Assembly: GCA_964016885.1 (NCBI GenBank)
Contig: OZ024745.1
Coordinates: 26,784,001-26,848,000, forward strand
Origin: Eledone cirrhosa
Lineage: Eukaryota
Direction of reading: 5' to 3'
Length of the DNA stretch: 64,000 bases
How positions within the stretch are numbered: position 1 is the first letter of the stretch; each line of letters begins with the position of its first letter. The translations under genes and the position numbers were made by a program. Below the pieces are notes generated by a model. The model had not been told where the DNA came from. It did not search any database and saw only the letters and a list, made by a program, of their open reading frames with translations. This document shows, one piece after another, positions 45,366 through 60,272 of the stretch.

Positions 45366-47592
45366 GAGAAGAAAGAACAATACTGCGTGGTTTGCACATG
45401 GGTTACATATGATAAAAATTGTCCTTCGTCAGTGATTTTCCAACCATCATTGGTATTTCATCGCATTAAAAATCAGATACCTCAGGTTGGTGCGAGCAAT
45501 AACTAAAAAAAGTTATTGGGACCAGAATTCGCGTAAGGCGAGGGGCACAACTAAACAATATAGAAGGATAAAAGCAAACCGAAGATAGGAAAATAAACAA
45601 GCAACATGGTTGTCCGGTCAGCATAATCTGGGTGGATTTCATGAGCGAGAGAGGTACAGACCGTGTTGATGTGTGTGAGATGTGAGCAGGTAGAGACCCA
45701 CACAAGCCAAACGGGAGGAAGTGAGAAGGGGAGAAACAGAGAGTGAGTGAGTGGAAGTGTGAGGAAGAGGTCAGTCGAGAGAAAGTGTAACTAACAGAGG
45801 GGGCGAAAGAAGGTGAGAGAAACAGAGAGAGCGGGGAAGCAGTAAGAGAGAAACAGACAAACGCAGCCGAGGTAAATATATATAAAAAAACATGAGAAGA
45901 AAGAAGAATACTGCGTGGTTTGCACATGGGTTACATATGATAAAAATTGTCCTTCGTCAGTGATTTTCCAACCATCATTGGTATTTCATCGCATTAAAAA
46001 TCAGATACCTCAGGTTGGTGCGAGCAATAACTAAAAAAAGTTATTGGGACCAGAATTCGCGTAAGGCGAGGGGCACAACTAAACAATATAGAAGGATAAA
46101 AGCAAACCGAAGATAGGAAAATAAACAAGCAACATGGTTGTCCGGTCAGCATAATCTGGGTGGATTTCATGAGCGAGAGAGGTACAGACCGTGTTGATGT
46201 GTGTGAGATGTGAGCAGGTAGAGACCCACACAAGCCAAACGGGAGGAAGTGAGAAGGGGAGAAACAGAGAGTGAGTGAGTGGAAGTGTGAGGAAGAGGTC
46301 AGTCGAGAGAAAGTGTAACTAACAGAGGGGGCGAAAGAAGGTGAGAGAAACAGAGAGAGCGGGGAAGCAGTAAGAGAGAAACAGACAAACGCAGCCGAGG
46401 TAAATATATATAAAAAAACATGAGAAGAAAGAAGAATACTGCGTGGTTTGCACATGGGTTACATATGATAAAAATTGTCCTTCGTCAGTGATTTTCCAAC
46501 CATCATTGGTATTTCATCGCATTAAAAATCAGATACCTCAGGTTGGTGCGAGCAATAACTAAAAAAAGTTATTGGGACCAGAATTCGCGTAAGGCGAGGG
46601 GCACAACTAAACAATATAGAAGGATAAAAGCAAACCGAAGATAGGAAAATAAACAAGCAACATGGTTGTCCGGTCAGCATAATCTGGGTGGATTTCATGA
46701 GCGAGAGAGGTACAGACCGTGTTGATGTGTGTGAGATGTGAGCAGGTAGAGACCCACACAAGCCAAACGGGAGGAAGTGAGAAGGGGAGAAACAGAGAGT
46801 GAGTGAGTGGAAGTGTGAGGAAGAGGTCAGTCGAGAGAAAGTGTAACTAACAGAGGGGGCGAAAGAAGGTGAGAGAAACAGAGAGAGCGGGGAAGCAGTA
46901 AGAGAGAAACAGACAAACGCAGCCGAGGTAAATATATATAAAAAAACATGAGAAGAAAGAAGAATACTGCGTGGTTTGCACATGGGTTACATATGATAAA
47001 AATTGTCCTTCGTCAGTGATTTTCCAACCATCATTGGTATTTCATCGCATTAAAAATCAGATACCTCAGGTTGGTGCGAGCAATAACTAAAAAAAGTTAT
47101 TGGGACCAGAATTCGCGTAAGGCGAGGGGCACAACTAAACAATATAGAAGGATAAAAGCAAACCGAAGATAGGAAAATAAACAAGCAACATGGTTGTCCG
47201 GTCAGCATAATCTGGGTGGATTTCATGAGCGAGAGAGGTACAGACCGTGTTGATGTGTGTGAGATGTGAGGAGGTAGAGACCCACACAAGCCAAACGGGA
47301 GGAAGTGAGAAGGGGAGAAACAGAGAGTGAGTGAGTGGAAGTGTGAGGAAGAGGTCAGTCGAGAGAAAGTGTAACTAACAGAGGGGGCGAAAGAAGGTGA
47401 GAGAAACAGAGAGAGCGGGGAAGCAGTAAGAGAGAAACAGACAAACGCAGCCGAGGTAAATATATATAAAAAAACATGAGAAGAAAGAAGAATACTGCGT
47501 GGTTTGCACATGGGTTACATATGATAAAAATAGTCCTTCGTCAGTGATTTTCCAACCAGCATTGGTATTTCATCGCATTAAAAATCAGATAC

Positions 47593-47596
<4 letters not shown>
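45359..47596. repeat. 528-bp tandem array, about 4.2 near-identical units, inside (TA)n
   Basis: Exact 528 period (ORF ends 45466/45994/46522/47050). Only about 4 substitutions seen. Confidence 0.95.
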
Positions 47597-47657
<61 letters not shown>

Positions 47658-48865
47658 AGACAGTCAATGAAGGAGGACAGGATGCGATAAAAAAGACGAA
47701 GAAATATCATAAACTACATATTTCTACTCTCTTCTATATAATTGTTGGAAGTGTTTCTGAACCAGCTTTTTTATAACCACCATTTAACCATTCAATGTAT
47801 CAGTAAAAAATGTAACAAGTAAAAATACTGTCATTTATTTACCGTTGTGATTGATCATTTTCAGCAGGCGGTATATAGTATCATATATCTTTTTAATTAT
47901 AGGTAATAGTTTACTATGAAATACAAAGTCTTTAGATAAGAAATTTATCAATGATGTCACGCTTCGTTTTAAACGGAGGCGGCATTTTCTATAATTAATA
48001 AAAATGTAATTTTTTCGTAGGTCCGTGTGTACCAGTAGAAATACGATGTTATAGATGATAGCCTCAGGAATGTAATATGATAAAAGAAGGGAGATAAGTA
48101 TTATAGGGTATAGCTCTTGGTTGTGTATTAAGTGAGAACAGAGGAAAATTAAAAGCCTAGAAGCTGTTTGTGTGCTAGTTATAGTTTTGTTGAATCCCTG
48201 CATTTTTCTCAGCAGTAACATCACTAACATATCCACAGATACTCCAAACCGCAATATCTCAAACATCGCCATTACTAATGCTACTGCTACTGCTAGTACT
48301 ACTAATACAAACAGATTGGATGGAAATTGCTGAATCAATCGAGTAACTGATACAGGTGACGGCGCAGATACTAATAAGATGTAAAAAGAGAGCTAATTTC
48401 TTTAAACAGATTAAGCTCTCGTAGAAATTCGGCTAAATATGGGCGACCCTTTATATTACAGATCCAAAACAATTTGTCAGCTTAGTTGACTGGAACAACG
48501 GGAAATAACGTCTCTTACGAAGGACGCAACATGTCACCTAGACTAAGAATCGAACTCCCAACATACCACTACTACTACTACTATCACTATAATCACTCTC
48601 ACCGATACTACTACAACACAATCATTACAACAGCTATTAACAACACCACACAGCGACCGCCACCAATACCACCAATACCACGGCAACCGTTATAACTACT
48701 AAAGCCATCACCAGAGAAGAGGTTGAAGGCGACACCAACAATAGCATCTTAAAGAAAACACGACATAAACAGAAACTGGTAATACAATTGGACGATAACA
48801 CCATACACACACATACACCACATTCAAACTTGCTCGTGTATATATTTATCGTGTATAGATTTATC

Positions 48866-48931
<66 letters not shown>

Positions 48932-49062
48932 TTATATATATATATACATATATATATACCTATATACACATATATATATACATATAAATATATATGTGTG
49001 TGCGTGTGTATGTATATATATATACACACACACATATATATATATGTATATATATATATTTG

Positions 49063-49108
<46 letters not shown>

Positions 49109-49197
49109 CATATATATGTATGTATATATATATATTTGCATATGTATATATTACTATATATATATATATATGTGTGTGTGTTTGTGCGTATGTGTGA

Positions 49198-49236
<39 letters not shown>

Positions 49237-49519
49237 TCGCACAATACTGACAGACAGACGCGCAGAAACAAACATAGCAAACAAGTAAGAAATGATTAAG
49301 AGAGAAAATAAAAGTGTTTAGATTCTTCGCAACCTGTTATATAAACTTTAAATTGGGGACACAAACAACTCCAGTGGATTTTCACCAAACATGTTGTAAA
49401 GGATTTCCAGACTATCTATTTAATATACTTTCGATATGTCTGTCAATCTGTTTACATTAAATATACCAACTTTAATCTACAAATGTTAGTTATTCTATTC
49501 ACTGATCTTATCCTGTCAT

Positions 49520-49581
<62 letters not shown>

Positions 49582-49860
49582 CTCTCTCTATCTTTCTCCA
49601 CATCTTTCTCTCCGTCTTTCGTTCTTACTTCTTTTGGGGGTTTTTTTTTTTGGTTTTTTGGTGGTTTTTTTTTGTTATGAGTATGAGGTTTTTGTGGTGG
49701 GTGTGGATGGGTGTTCTCTTTTGTTTGTTAAAGACACTTAGCTTCCCTGGATCTGGTCTCTTTCTCTACACACCAGCGGATAATTCGTTCTCTTTGCAGA
49801 ATACCTTCATCAAGGCAACACCCTTAACCTATACACGTACACACACTCACACACATACAA

Positions 49861-49941
<81 letters not shown>

Positions 49942-50043
49942 AACACAAATACATACATATATATATACATACATACACACATATATATATACATATATAT
50001 ATACATATATATATATATACATATATTACATATATATATATAA

Positions 50044-50117
<74 letters not shown>

Positions 50118-50477
50118 TTATATATATATATATATATATACATATATATGTGTGTGTGTGTATATATATAAACACAAATACACAAATACATACACACATG
50201 CCTATTTTTAGTATACATCTGTTTCAGTAAATAAGTCTATCTACCTACCTATCTACCTACCGCTCTGTCTGTCTCTATGTTGGTCTGTCTGTCTGTCTGC
50301 CTGTATGTCTGTCTTGTCTGTCTGTCATGTCTGTCTACAGATCTATTTGTATACGTCTAGCCCTATCTTTACCTCAATTGTGTTACATTGCTTTTCTTTA
50401 TTTATTTATTTGCTTTACTTCTCTATAAACGCCCTCCATATTTCACTCATTTTCTCTCTTTATAGATATATATAGAA

Positions 50478-50549
<72 letters not shown>

Positions 50550-50771
50550 CCGTGCGAAAACCGGGACAACCACGAATCAAGGTAGTGCTCGATACATGAT
50601 ATATTGCAGGGTAAGTATAGTTAAAAGCTAGTTTCAGCGAAAAGCACGTCCGTTTGAAAATGATTTTCTCGAGTTGAACCGGAATTCAAAGAATTTCTCA
50701 TCGGAAATAAAGGAGACTAAATACTGACGGTGGTAAGAGGTTGTTCACAAGAAACTGGGCTTTGGATGTAT

Positions 50772-50958
50772 TAATTGTTTCTACTTTTGGCACAAGGCCA
50801 GCAACTACCCAGTGCATTATTAGTACTTTATTTTATCGACCCCGTAAGGATGAAAGGCAAAGTTAACCTCGGCGGGATTTGAACTCAGAATGGCAAGGGC
50901 CTTAACTCTATGCTAGAAAGCATGGCCTCCGACCCTCTACCGATGCTGCCAATACACC
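50772..50958 (-). mobile_element. MetaSINE-type SINE
   Basis: Family match on the minus strand. Confidence 0.85.
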
Positions 50959-51149
50959 ATGTAGTTCTCTTTGCCCTTTAAATACTGATGTTTTTTTATT
51001 TAAATGATAGTTGTATTTTATTGAAAATAGCTCATTTTAATCTAATTAAACTAATAATATATATATTGAAGCGGATTTATTTAAATATGTTATGGTTCTT
51101 TTTCCAACAATATTATAAATTTGGACAACTTTAACCTAATAATATCTCC

Positions 51150-51243
<94 letters not shown>

Positions 51244-51318
51244 GCTACTTATCCGATATCTGTCTTGCTTTATTGTATTACAATAAAACTCACCTCCTAC
51301 ATTATATATATATATATA

Positions 51319-51388
<70 letters not shown>

Positions 51389-51437
51389 TAATAAAAATAA
51401 TGAATAAAAACAAAGAAACAGTTCCTTATATTAAAAA

Positions 51438-51482
<45 letters not shown>

Positions 51483-51484
51483 TT

Positions 51485-51603
51485 ATCCGGGCTCAATCGA
51501 GGGTAACCACAGTAAGTAAGGTACTCAATACATAGCAGAGTATAAATATTTAATATGGTAATAGCTTCTACAGGACTAGAACTGTTTCATTCGGGAGAAG
51601 TCA

Positions 51604-51610
<7 letters not shown>
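51485..51610 (-). mobile_element. Family B PLE tail with near-complete hammerhead core
   Basis: Minus strand CTGATGA-cttc-tccc-gaat-GAAACAGTT-ctagt, truncated just 5' of the core. Tail matches 31921-31985. Confidence 0.7.
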
Positions 51611-51660
<50 letters not shown>

Positions 51661-51784
51661 GAAGTAATTCCGTCGGAAAAGTCCAGGAAAAAAGAGTGCT
51701 CTATGTAGGTAACAGAGCTTAATAATCTTTTGCTTTTAAGAAACTACTGGTAAATGGAATAATTGCCTTATGTTGTTTATTACA

Positions 51785-51837
<53 letters not shown>

Positions 51838-51839
<2 letters not shown>

Positions 51840-52066
51840 CAAAGGAATTGTGGTAAGGAACCAGATGGAACATAACGCACCAGAGTACTCAATACTTAGG
51901 GTAGTAAAGTGGGAAATAGGAAAAAGTATGACCCCGACGGCAGAGCTCAAGCCGTTTCGACGGCTATTTCTGGACTGGAAAAAGTATGACCCCGACGGCA
52001 GAGCTCAGATTCCAGAAATAGCCGTAGAAACGGCTTGAGCTCTGCCGTCGGGGTCATACTTTTTCC

Positions 52067-52069
<3 letters not shown>
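51838..52069 (-). mobile_element. Fold-back mini-PLE, family A copy 4 (extra internal segment)
   Basis: Tail + arm + repeated arm fragment (51977-52008) + inverted arm. Confidence 0.8.
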
Positions 52070-52121
<52 letters not shown>

Positions 52122-52194
52122 GTTTACTATGCTGGAATATATGTGTCTAACCACTTTCTCTATCTACCTGCCTTTCTATCGAAACATTTATCTT

Positions 52195-52245
<51 letters not shown>

Positions 52246-53229
52246 CTGCATCAAAGTATATGTATATACATATACGCACAACATAAATGTCTCCATCTGT
52301 CAATATAATTTATTATATATATCTATCTACCTGTTTATTTATTTGTTAGTCTGGTTCTTTTCCAATGAGCAAGTAAATACATTTACACACAAATCTAAAC
52401 AAAAGAGAACTCAAGATTGCTGATCCCAGATCATATTTTGTCAACTCTGGTCCTCTTTCATGTCTCAACCCAACATCTAGCTTTTGCTTTGTTTATGTTC
52501 ATCACTAGCACACCATTCTATACTTGATTCGTTTGTTTACATAAAAATGAAAACTTCTCTTTACAGTTCAAATATTGAAAAAAAAAAAATAACCTGGATC
52601 CAAATTGTTAAAGTTCTTTGCTTGTAACGTTGATATTATCATTATTTTTTTCATCATTTTTTTTTTTTTAGTTATCTTTAATTGTAGCTACCACGAAATA
52701 GAACAGATTTCTGTGAAAACGAATCCGCTATCTTGTGATTCTTTTTCTCTTGTCTTTGTTTACATATATTATAAGTATTCGTAGGATTATTCGGTTGCTT
52801 TCGACATAATATTTATTTACAGTAATCGAGTCTCCCCCACATAAATATAATTCATTTAGCCGCTCGCTGAAACGCAAAACTATCGTAGTTGCTCGACCTG
52901 CTTAAAATAACGTTCAAATATACCTCAAATTACACCATGCTATCTTAAAATAGTAACTCCTTTGATGAGGATGGTTGCGACAGTAACTCCTTTGATTATA
53001 TGCCTACTCAATCAGCGATGACATTTGGTTAAATAACAAGCAGAACAAATTTATATTCCTCAAATACTATTGTTTTTCTACCTTTCTTATTTACCTGTTA
53101 TCTTTCTACAATTCAAGAATAACATTTTAACTTTCTCGATCATTCGTCTAGTTTTCAACTTTATCTATATTACCTCTTAACGAGGAGAACGATGACTTCC
53201 TCCCAAATGTATATGCAGTTACATATTCA

Positions 53230-53307
<78 letters not shown>

Positions 53308-53400
53308 TATAGTTATGTAATAAACAACATAAGGTAATTATTTCATTAAATCAATAAAAATAACAAACCTATCTCTATCTATATCTATCTCTCTATATTT

Positions 53401-53438
<38 letters not shown>

Positions 53439-53692
53439 ATCTATCTCCCTCTGTGTTTTTTCCTCTCTCTATATATCTCTCTCTGTTTCTTTACATGAAC
53501 TTCTTCTCTCTATATATCTCTCTATATCTATCTCTCTCTATTTAGTTGCATGCATTTCTTCTTTTTCTTCGTTTTTCTTTCTTTCTTTTTATAACTGTCC
53601 CTAATATTTTTCACTACCAAATCAACTTTTCAAATGGAAGTCGAAGTTGAAAGGTATGTCGAATCTATCTATTTATAAGACTGTTTATATTG

Positions 53693-53755
53693 TATTTTGT
53701 CTGAGGAAGGCATAACATATTTTTAATATATCCCTGAAATATGTATAATGAAATA
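53693..53755 (+). ncRNA. Minimal type I hammerhead ribozyme (weak stem II)
   Basis: tattttgt-CTGAGGA-aggcata..tatccct-GAAA-tatgtata-atgaaata. Confidence 0.65.
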
Positions 53756-53828
53756 AATATGGTTTTATAAATATAGTTTCGTATATAATATCGTATATAT
53801 ATATATATATATCTTTCTCTCTCTCTTT

Positions 53829-53887
<59 letters not shown>

Positions 53888-54140
53888 CCTTTCTCATTCT
53901 AGCTATCTTCTCCTTCTTTTCCTCTCTCTATCTTTGATATTTATTTAGAGCTGTGCCTCCACCATTTTCTAATAGATGTGTCACTATCTGATCCTCAGCA
54001 AATGTTTAGATGTTTTTAAAATCAGTTTGGCTGGAAACTGTAGGCTGCACGAAATTACATAAATAGGGGCATGAAAAAGTATATAAAATATATAGAAATT
54101 ATCTAACAATCCTCATGATAAATCTATAAAAATACACAGA

Positions 54141-54346
54141 TAGGTGGGTGGGGTAAAAAGTTCATAGACTGACTCTAAAGGAGTGAGGCTAGAACTATAA
54201 AATCTTGCATGCATTAATTTCAACTCTTCTTGTCAATTATCGCATTTTTTAATCTTTCCAGAGACTTTGTTTAAAAAAATAAATCTCATTTGGTCATTCC
54301 ATGAGAGTATCTTGGTCAGCGTATAAACTTTTCAGCCGACCCTCGC
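54141..54346. mobile_element. mariner-type MITE, inverted homologue of 43848-44042
   Basis: Same TIR (ttttcagccgaccctcg) and internal ctcatttggtcattccatgagag. Half-copies near 11496 and 13487. Confidence 0.75.
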
Positions 54347-54513
54347 ATATTAAAAATACTTGAACAAGTAAATGGAAACGTTTTTTATACATTAATTATG
54401 TCTTTTGACACCGTTTTTCTTGGCAACAAAAAATTACAATAAGTTAAGTATTTACGGAATTTATTTAGATTCAAGCTAAAAATGTTTTGGTTTGTGGTGT
54501 GGGAATTTGATTG

Positions 54514-54588
<75 letters not shown>

Positions 54589-55289
54589 GGTGTGAGCCTG
54601 ATTGTATATATATATATATGTATATATATATATGGTGGGCGTTATGACTTGTAGTAAAGTTTTGGCGTGGCTGTTAATTCAAAAGCTATATACTGAGCCC
54701 AAGGGTTGAGTTAGTAAGACTTTGGCCTTAAGAATCGATATAAATGATAATAAACAAATAAATTATTCAGATTAAAGCAAGGCGGCAGGGGGGGGGAGAC
54801 TTTTGGAACTGTAAAACCAGAATTACCTACATGAATGCATACTTTTATCACACACATACACACATACATACATGCATACATGCATACATACACACATGCA
54901 TACATACATATATGCATACATACATGCATACATACATGCATATATATATGCATACATGCATACATACATACATGCATAAGTACATGTATACATACATGCA
55001 TGCATACATGTATACATGAAAGCATACTTTTATCACACACATACATACATATATGCATACATACATGTATACATACATAAAACCAGAAGAACATACATAC
55101 ATAAAACCAAAAGAATATACATACATACATACATACATACATACATACATACATACATACATACATACATACATACATACATACATACATACATACATAA
55201 AACCAAAAGAACATACATACATACATACATACATACATACATACATACATACATACATACATACATACATACATACATACATACATACA

Positions 55290-55842
55290 TGGTGGCTGCC
55301 AACTCGTTTTCGAGTACGGCCACTACTTTATATCCATGTAGGAGAACCCCTACCGATGCGCTGAACGAATGTGACTTTTTAGTCCAGCCAGCGACTTGAA
55401 AACTCTGGTACAGACACTACACTTGTGACAATTATTGACACATAGTGCTGGGCCCATAGTATCATGTGACGACAAGTACAGAGAGATCTCCAGATATAAA
55501 GGAATGACTGTGCTGTGAAGCTTTTATAGTGAGCAAAGGCACTGCACAAAGCCAGTCCCACTCTCTTAACCAAGATAATATTTACCAAAAAGAAGAACAA
55601 GTCAACATCATTGGATACCATCAGGGTTGCAGGTGTTATATCAGAGTTTTCCTTCTCCTAGAATTCTGCCTTGACAAAGGCTAAGGGGTCATCTCTCCCG
55701 GTGATTTTGTATGGCCATTGACTCTTAAGAGCTCCTTTGCCCTTTGACAGGTTTTGACTTTAGTCCTGCAGGATGTCCAGTCACCCTCCTCACCAAGAAA
55801 CTTTGGTGGGGTTGCCAGTTTAGTCGCCAGCGACCCGACCAT
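55290..55842 (-). mobile_element. Non-autonomous retroposon in (CATA)n, copy 3
   Basis: Homologous to 28380-28985. Confidence 0.8.
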
Positions 55843-55939
55843 ACATACAAACATACATACATACATACATACATACATACATACATACATACATACATAC
55901 ATACATACATACATACAAACTTAACCCATAATTTCTTTG

Positions 55940-57480
55940 TGGGTGTCCTAAAACAATATTCTAAGAACATAGTGGGATGAAGAAAAATCTTGACTTGGTT
56001 ACAACATTCTCAAAGGATATAGGAATAGAGTTTGGCCAAGATAAATGTTCATATATGATAGTAAAGCCGAGAAAAACTACAACCCCGTGTAGCAACATCT
56101 TTATCAATGGCCTTTCTGATGAGGACTGCTACAAATATATGAGGATAGATGAGAATATATCCTATGATGGTATTTGTAATAAAGAACGCGTAACCAGGGA
56201 ATATTACACCCGATTAAGAAATATATAGTCATCGAAATCCTCAGCGCACAATAAAACAGTGGCTCACAATGTGTTTGCTGTGCTTGTCCTAACACCAACG
56301 TTTGGAATTCTCGTTTGGACGATAGACGAAAACCGAGCAATTGATGTTAAAATTCGAAAAATTCTAAACAACACCGGAAACTTCCACATCAACAGTGACA
56401 TAGACCGCCTCTACTTGAAACGTAAGCAGGGAGGCAGAGGCCTAACATCAGTCCAGGCAGCATTTGAGCGTCGCATCATATCCCTCCGGCAACATTTACC
56501 AATCACGAAGCGTAGGAGCCCATCTATTGAGCAAGTCTATCTGCAGACAGATAAGATCATGAGAGTTGAGAAGGAGCTACTTGAAAGATATTCCTTCCAT
56601 GATAATCAAAAACTCAGTTTGTACCGCAGTGAATCCATAAATGAAATACTGCATACTTATCAGCAAAAAATCATGCATGGATATGTTGCCACGAAGCTCC
56701 AGAGTGAGAGAATATAGATAAGGAAAGTAGTCTATATTGGACCAACAACCGCTATATTTGCTCCCACTTTGAAGGATACGCTTTTGCAATCCAAGAACAG
56801 GACCTCAAAACAAAATACCTGATTCGCAAAAGAGATAGGGATGTAGGCAAAACACCTAGATGTGACAAGTGCAGATTCTGCAGAATTAACATCGAAGATT
56901 TCACCCATATCATAAGCAGCTGTTCAAAGATGTCATCTACCTATGAGGCATGATGTAGTGGCCAAAACACTGTACAATGCAATCCGTAGAAAATATATCC
57001 GCGACAATAAACACATTAAAAGCTACAGCAATATGGAAGACATATATATATATATAATATGAAAGGGCATTGGTGGAATATTCCAGTCAAAACCCCAATA
57101 CGATGCAGACATAACAGACCAGATATAATGATATGGGACTGGGAAAAGAAGGCATGCACAGTAGTGGAAGTTAGCTGTCCAGGAGATGCCAAGATAATAT
57201 CAAAGATTAGTGAAAAGGAGAATATCTATGCAGAACTAATCGGAAATCTGCAGATACTCCACCCTGATATACCTTCAAATTTATACCTATGATTATTGGG
57301 GCACTGGGATATGTTAGTAACTGCCTCAGTACAAATCTTGAGAAGCAGGACTTCACAGAAACAGAAAGAACACAACTAGTTATGAAATTACAAGTACAAT
57401 CAATTATTGGAACAGTAAAAATATGTAAAACAGTCCAAACATTGTACATCTAATAACTACATATACACATGTACAGATAC
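55940..57480 (+). pseudogene. Decayed R4/Dong-clade LINE: RT C-terminal part, CCHC knuckle, restriction-like endonuclease
   Basis: FSKDIGIEFGQDKC, YKY(M)RI, RLYLKRKQGGRGL, FAIQEQ, CRFC..HIISSC, RHD, HNRPDI..VEVSCP..EKENIY, IIGALG across several stops and frameshifts. Confidence 0.9.
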
Positions 57481-57597
57481 AAAGCATATGCACATGCACA
57501 CACGTGCAATCATGCAGACATATATATATATATGAAGTAACAGTAATGAAGTACCAGTAATGCCGATAATTGCTGGCCTTGTGCCAAAAGTAGAACA

Positions 57598-57644
<47 letters not shown>

Positions 57645-57647
<3 letters not shown>

Positions 57648-57822
57648 AAAGGAATTGTGGTAAGGAACCAGATGGACCATAACGCACCAGAGTGCGTAAT
57701 ACTTAGGGTAGTAGAGTGGAAAATAGGAAAAAGTATGGCCCCGACGGTAGAGCTCACGCCGTTTCGACGAATAGCCGAAGAAACGGCTTGAGCTCTGCCG
57801 TCGGGGTCATACTTTTTCCTAT
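57645..57822 (-). mobile_element. Fold-back mini-PLE, family A copy 5
   Basis: Tail plus diverged palindrome. Confidence 0.75.
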
Positions 57823-57830
57823 ATATATAT

Positions 57831-58208
57831 ATATCACAGAAAAAAAGAGAATCAGTGTTGCGACGAATGGAATTTATTGGACATATTACAATCGTTTCTC
57901 TGGCGACCAGCTCGAGGCACGATCGATGTGATAATCGAACCTGACTCTGAAAATCGCAAGGTCCTCAGATACGTCTTTATTCTACCAAGCAGATTTCAAG
58001 ACGTATCTGAGGACTTTGCAATTTTCGGAGTCAGGTTCGATCATCACATCGATCGTGCCTCGAGCTGGTCGCCAGAGAAACGATTGTAATATGTTCAATA
58101 AATCCCATTCGTCGCAACACTGATTCTCTTTTTTTCTGTGATATCATACTCTGCTCTATGAGAGCATCGAGTGCACATACGGACGCTTTAAGCATCCAAC
58201 ACCAATTA
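57831..58208 (+). mobile_element. Fold-back mini-PLE, family C
   Basis: Inverted repeat 57831-58144 (~145-bp arms) containing GAAACGATTGTA and AATAAA. Tail 58145-58208. Confidence 0.75.
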
Positions 58209-58227
58209 TATATATATATTTATATGT

Positions 58228-58329
<102 letters not shown>

Positions 58330-58437
58330 GGTGTTGGATGCTTAAAGCGTCCGTATGCGGTACGCCGTATATATGTGTATATATATATATGTATATATAT
58401 ATATGTATATATATATGTATATATATATATGTATATA

Positions 58438-58470
<33 letters not shown>

Positions 58471-58875
58471 GAATATATATATATGTATGTATATATATAT
58501 ATACACATATGTATATACATATATACACATTTGTAGATGCATTCATGCATATATATATAGATATATTGTATACATACATGTTTGTTTGTGCACAGAGATA
58601 TATATAAACATATCAGGATAGAACCAGTTTAAAACTAATTAAACTATTGCTCAACGGAGTACACGATACGAAAGGAAATAGAGTATGGGTATATTACAAT
58701 GAGTGGGGGACCGACGGGTGAGCTCTTTCCGGAACTAACTGTTGAGACGGCAACATTCAGACGGCGCGTCCCGACTAATATATATATATATATATATATA
58801 ATTATATTTATATCGTCATCATCATAATCATCCATTTAACGTAACCCTCTCCTCTCTCTCTCTCTCTCTCTCTCC

Positions 58876-58921
<46 letters not shown>

Positions 58922-58928
58922 CTCTACG

Positions 58929-59005
<77 letters not shown>

Positions 59006-59072
59006 CTGTGTATGTATATAGCTGTCGAAGGGGTCCTGACACTTTTCCTTTATATTAAAGTATGTATGTGTA

Positions 59073-59184
<112 letters not shown>

Positions 59185-59220
59185 CATACTTTAATATATA
59201 GGAAAAGTGTCAGGACCCCG

Positions 59221-59262
<42 letters not shown>

Positions 59263-59309
59263 AAATATATACATATATATATATATATATGTATGTATAA
59301 ATATATGTG

Positions 59310-59387
<78 letters not shown>

Positions 59388-59492
59388 CATACCTACATAC
59401 ATATATGTACTACGAAATCATATATATTATATATATATATAATATATATATATATACCTACTTACATGCATACATATATGTACTACGAAATC

Positions 59493-59609
<117 letters not shown>

Positions 59610-59902
59610 TTCGTAGTCCCTTCGTCATTATTTACATTCGTTATGACGAAGGGGGTTAGTACTTTTCCGTGCAAATGATCCGCCTTATCTCAGTCTTATC
59701 AATGTTACAACCAACTGTTTTCTCAACACCGTTGACGGATATTTCTCTCCTCATTCCAAATTCCTCTCCCTCTCCTGCTAGAATTTCCTTACTTCCGGGC
59801 CTCTATATCCGGCTCACTGGCGCCGTCACCCCCGCTTATATATATATATATATATATATTATTTATATATATATGTGTGTGTGCACATATACATGTATAT
59901 AA

Positions 59903-59986
<84 letters not shown>

Positions 59987-60012
59987 AATTAAGTTAAATG
60001 TAGACAAAAATT

Positions 60013-60076
<64 letters not shown>

Positions 60077-60130
60077 TATTAAAAAAATAATGAATAAACA
60101 AAGAAACAGTTCCTTATATTAAAAAAAATG

Positions 60131-60272
60131 CATTATTTTACGATCGTTTCTAGGATATATATGTGTTAGAGTTGGTATGCATATTCTATAGATCTATGTA
60201 CAATATTTATACAAACTATCAGAGGGAATATACATACCTACACATATATATGCTGTCTTCAGAAATATTATG
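60131..60272 (-). ncRNA. Type I hammerhead ribozyme with long (~105 nt) stem II
   Basis: Minus strand cataatattt-CTGAAGA-[atatatatgtgt/acacatatatat and ggtatgtatattc/gaatatgcatacc helices]-GAAACGATCGTA-aaataatg. It lies between inverted arms 60073-60128 and 60276-60331. Confidence 0.65.

Noticed and set aside
45395-45460. Hammerhead in the 528-bp unit
   Set aside because: CTGACGA is present on the minus strand, but no stem II/GAAA/UH arrangement closes.
45466-47511. Four copies of a 153-aa ORF
   Set aside because: By-product of the pyrimidine-rich strand of the tandem unit, with no domain.
45359-47596. CRISPR array or tandem TRIM (TGAG..CTCA ends, TGG after CA)
   Set aside because: No variable spacers, no TSD, no PPT at the junction, and homology extends beyond the TG.
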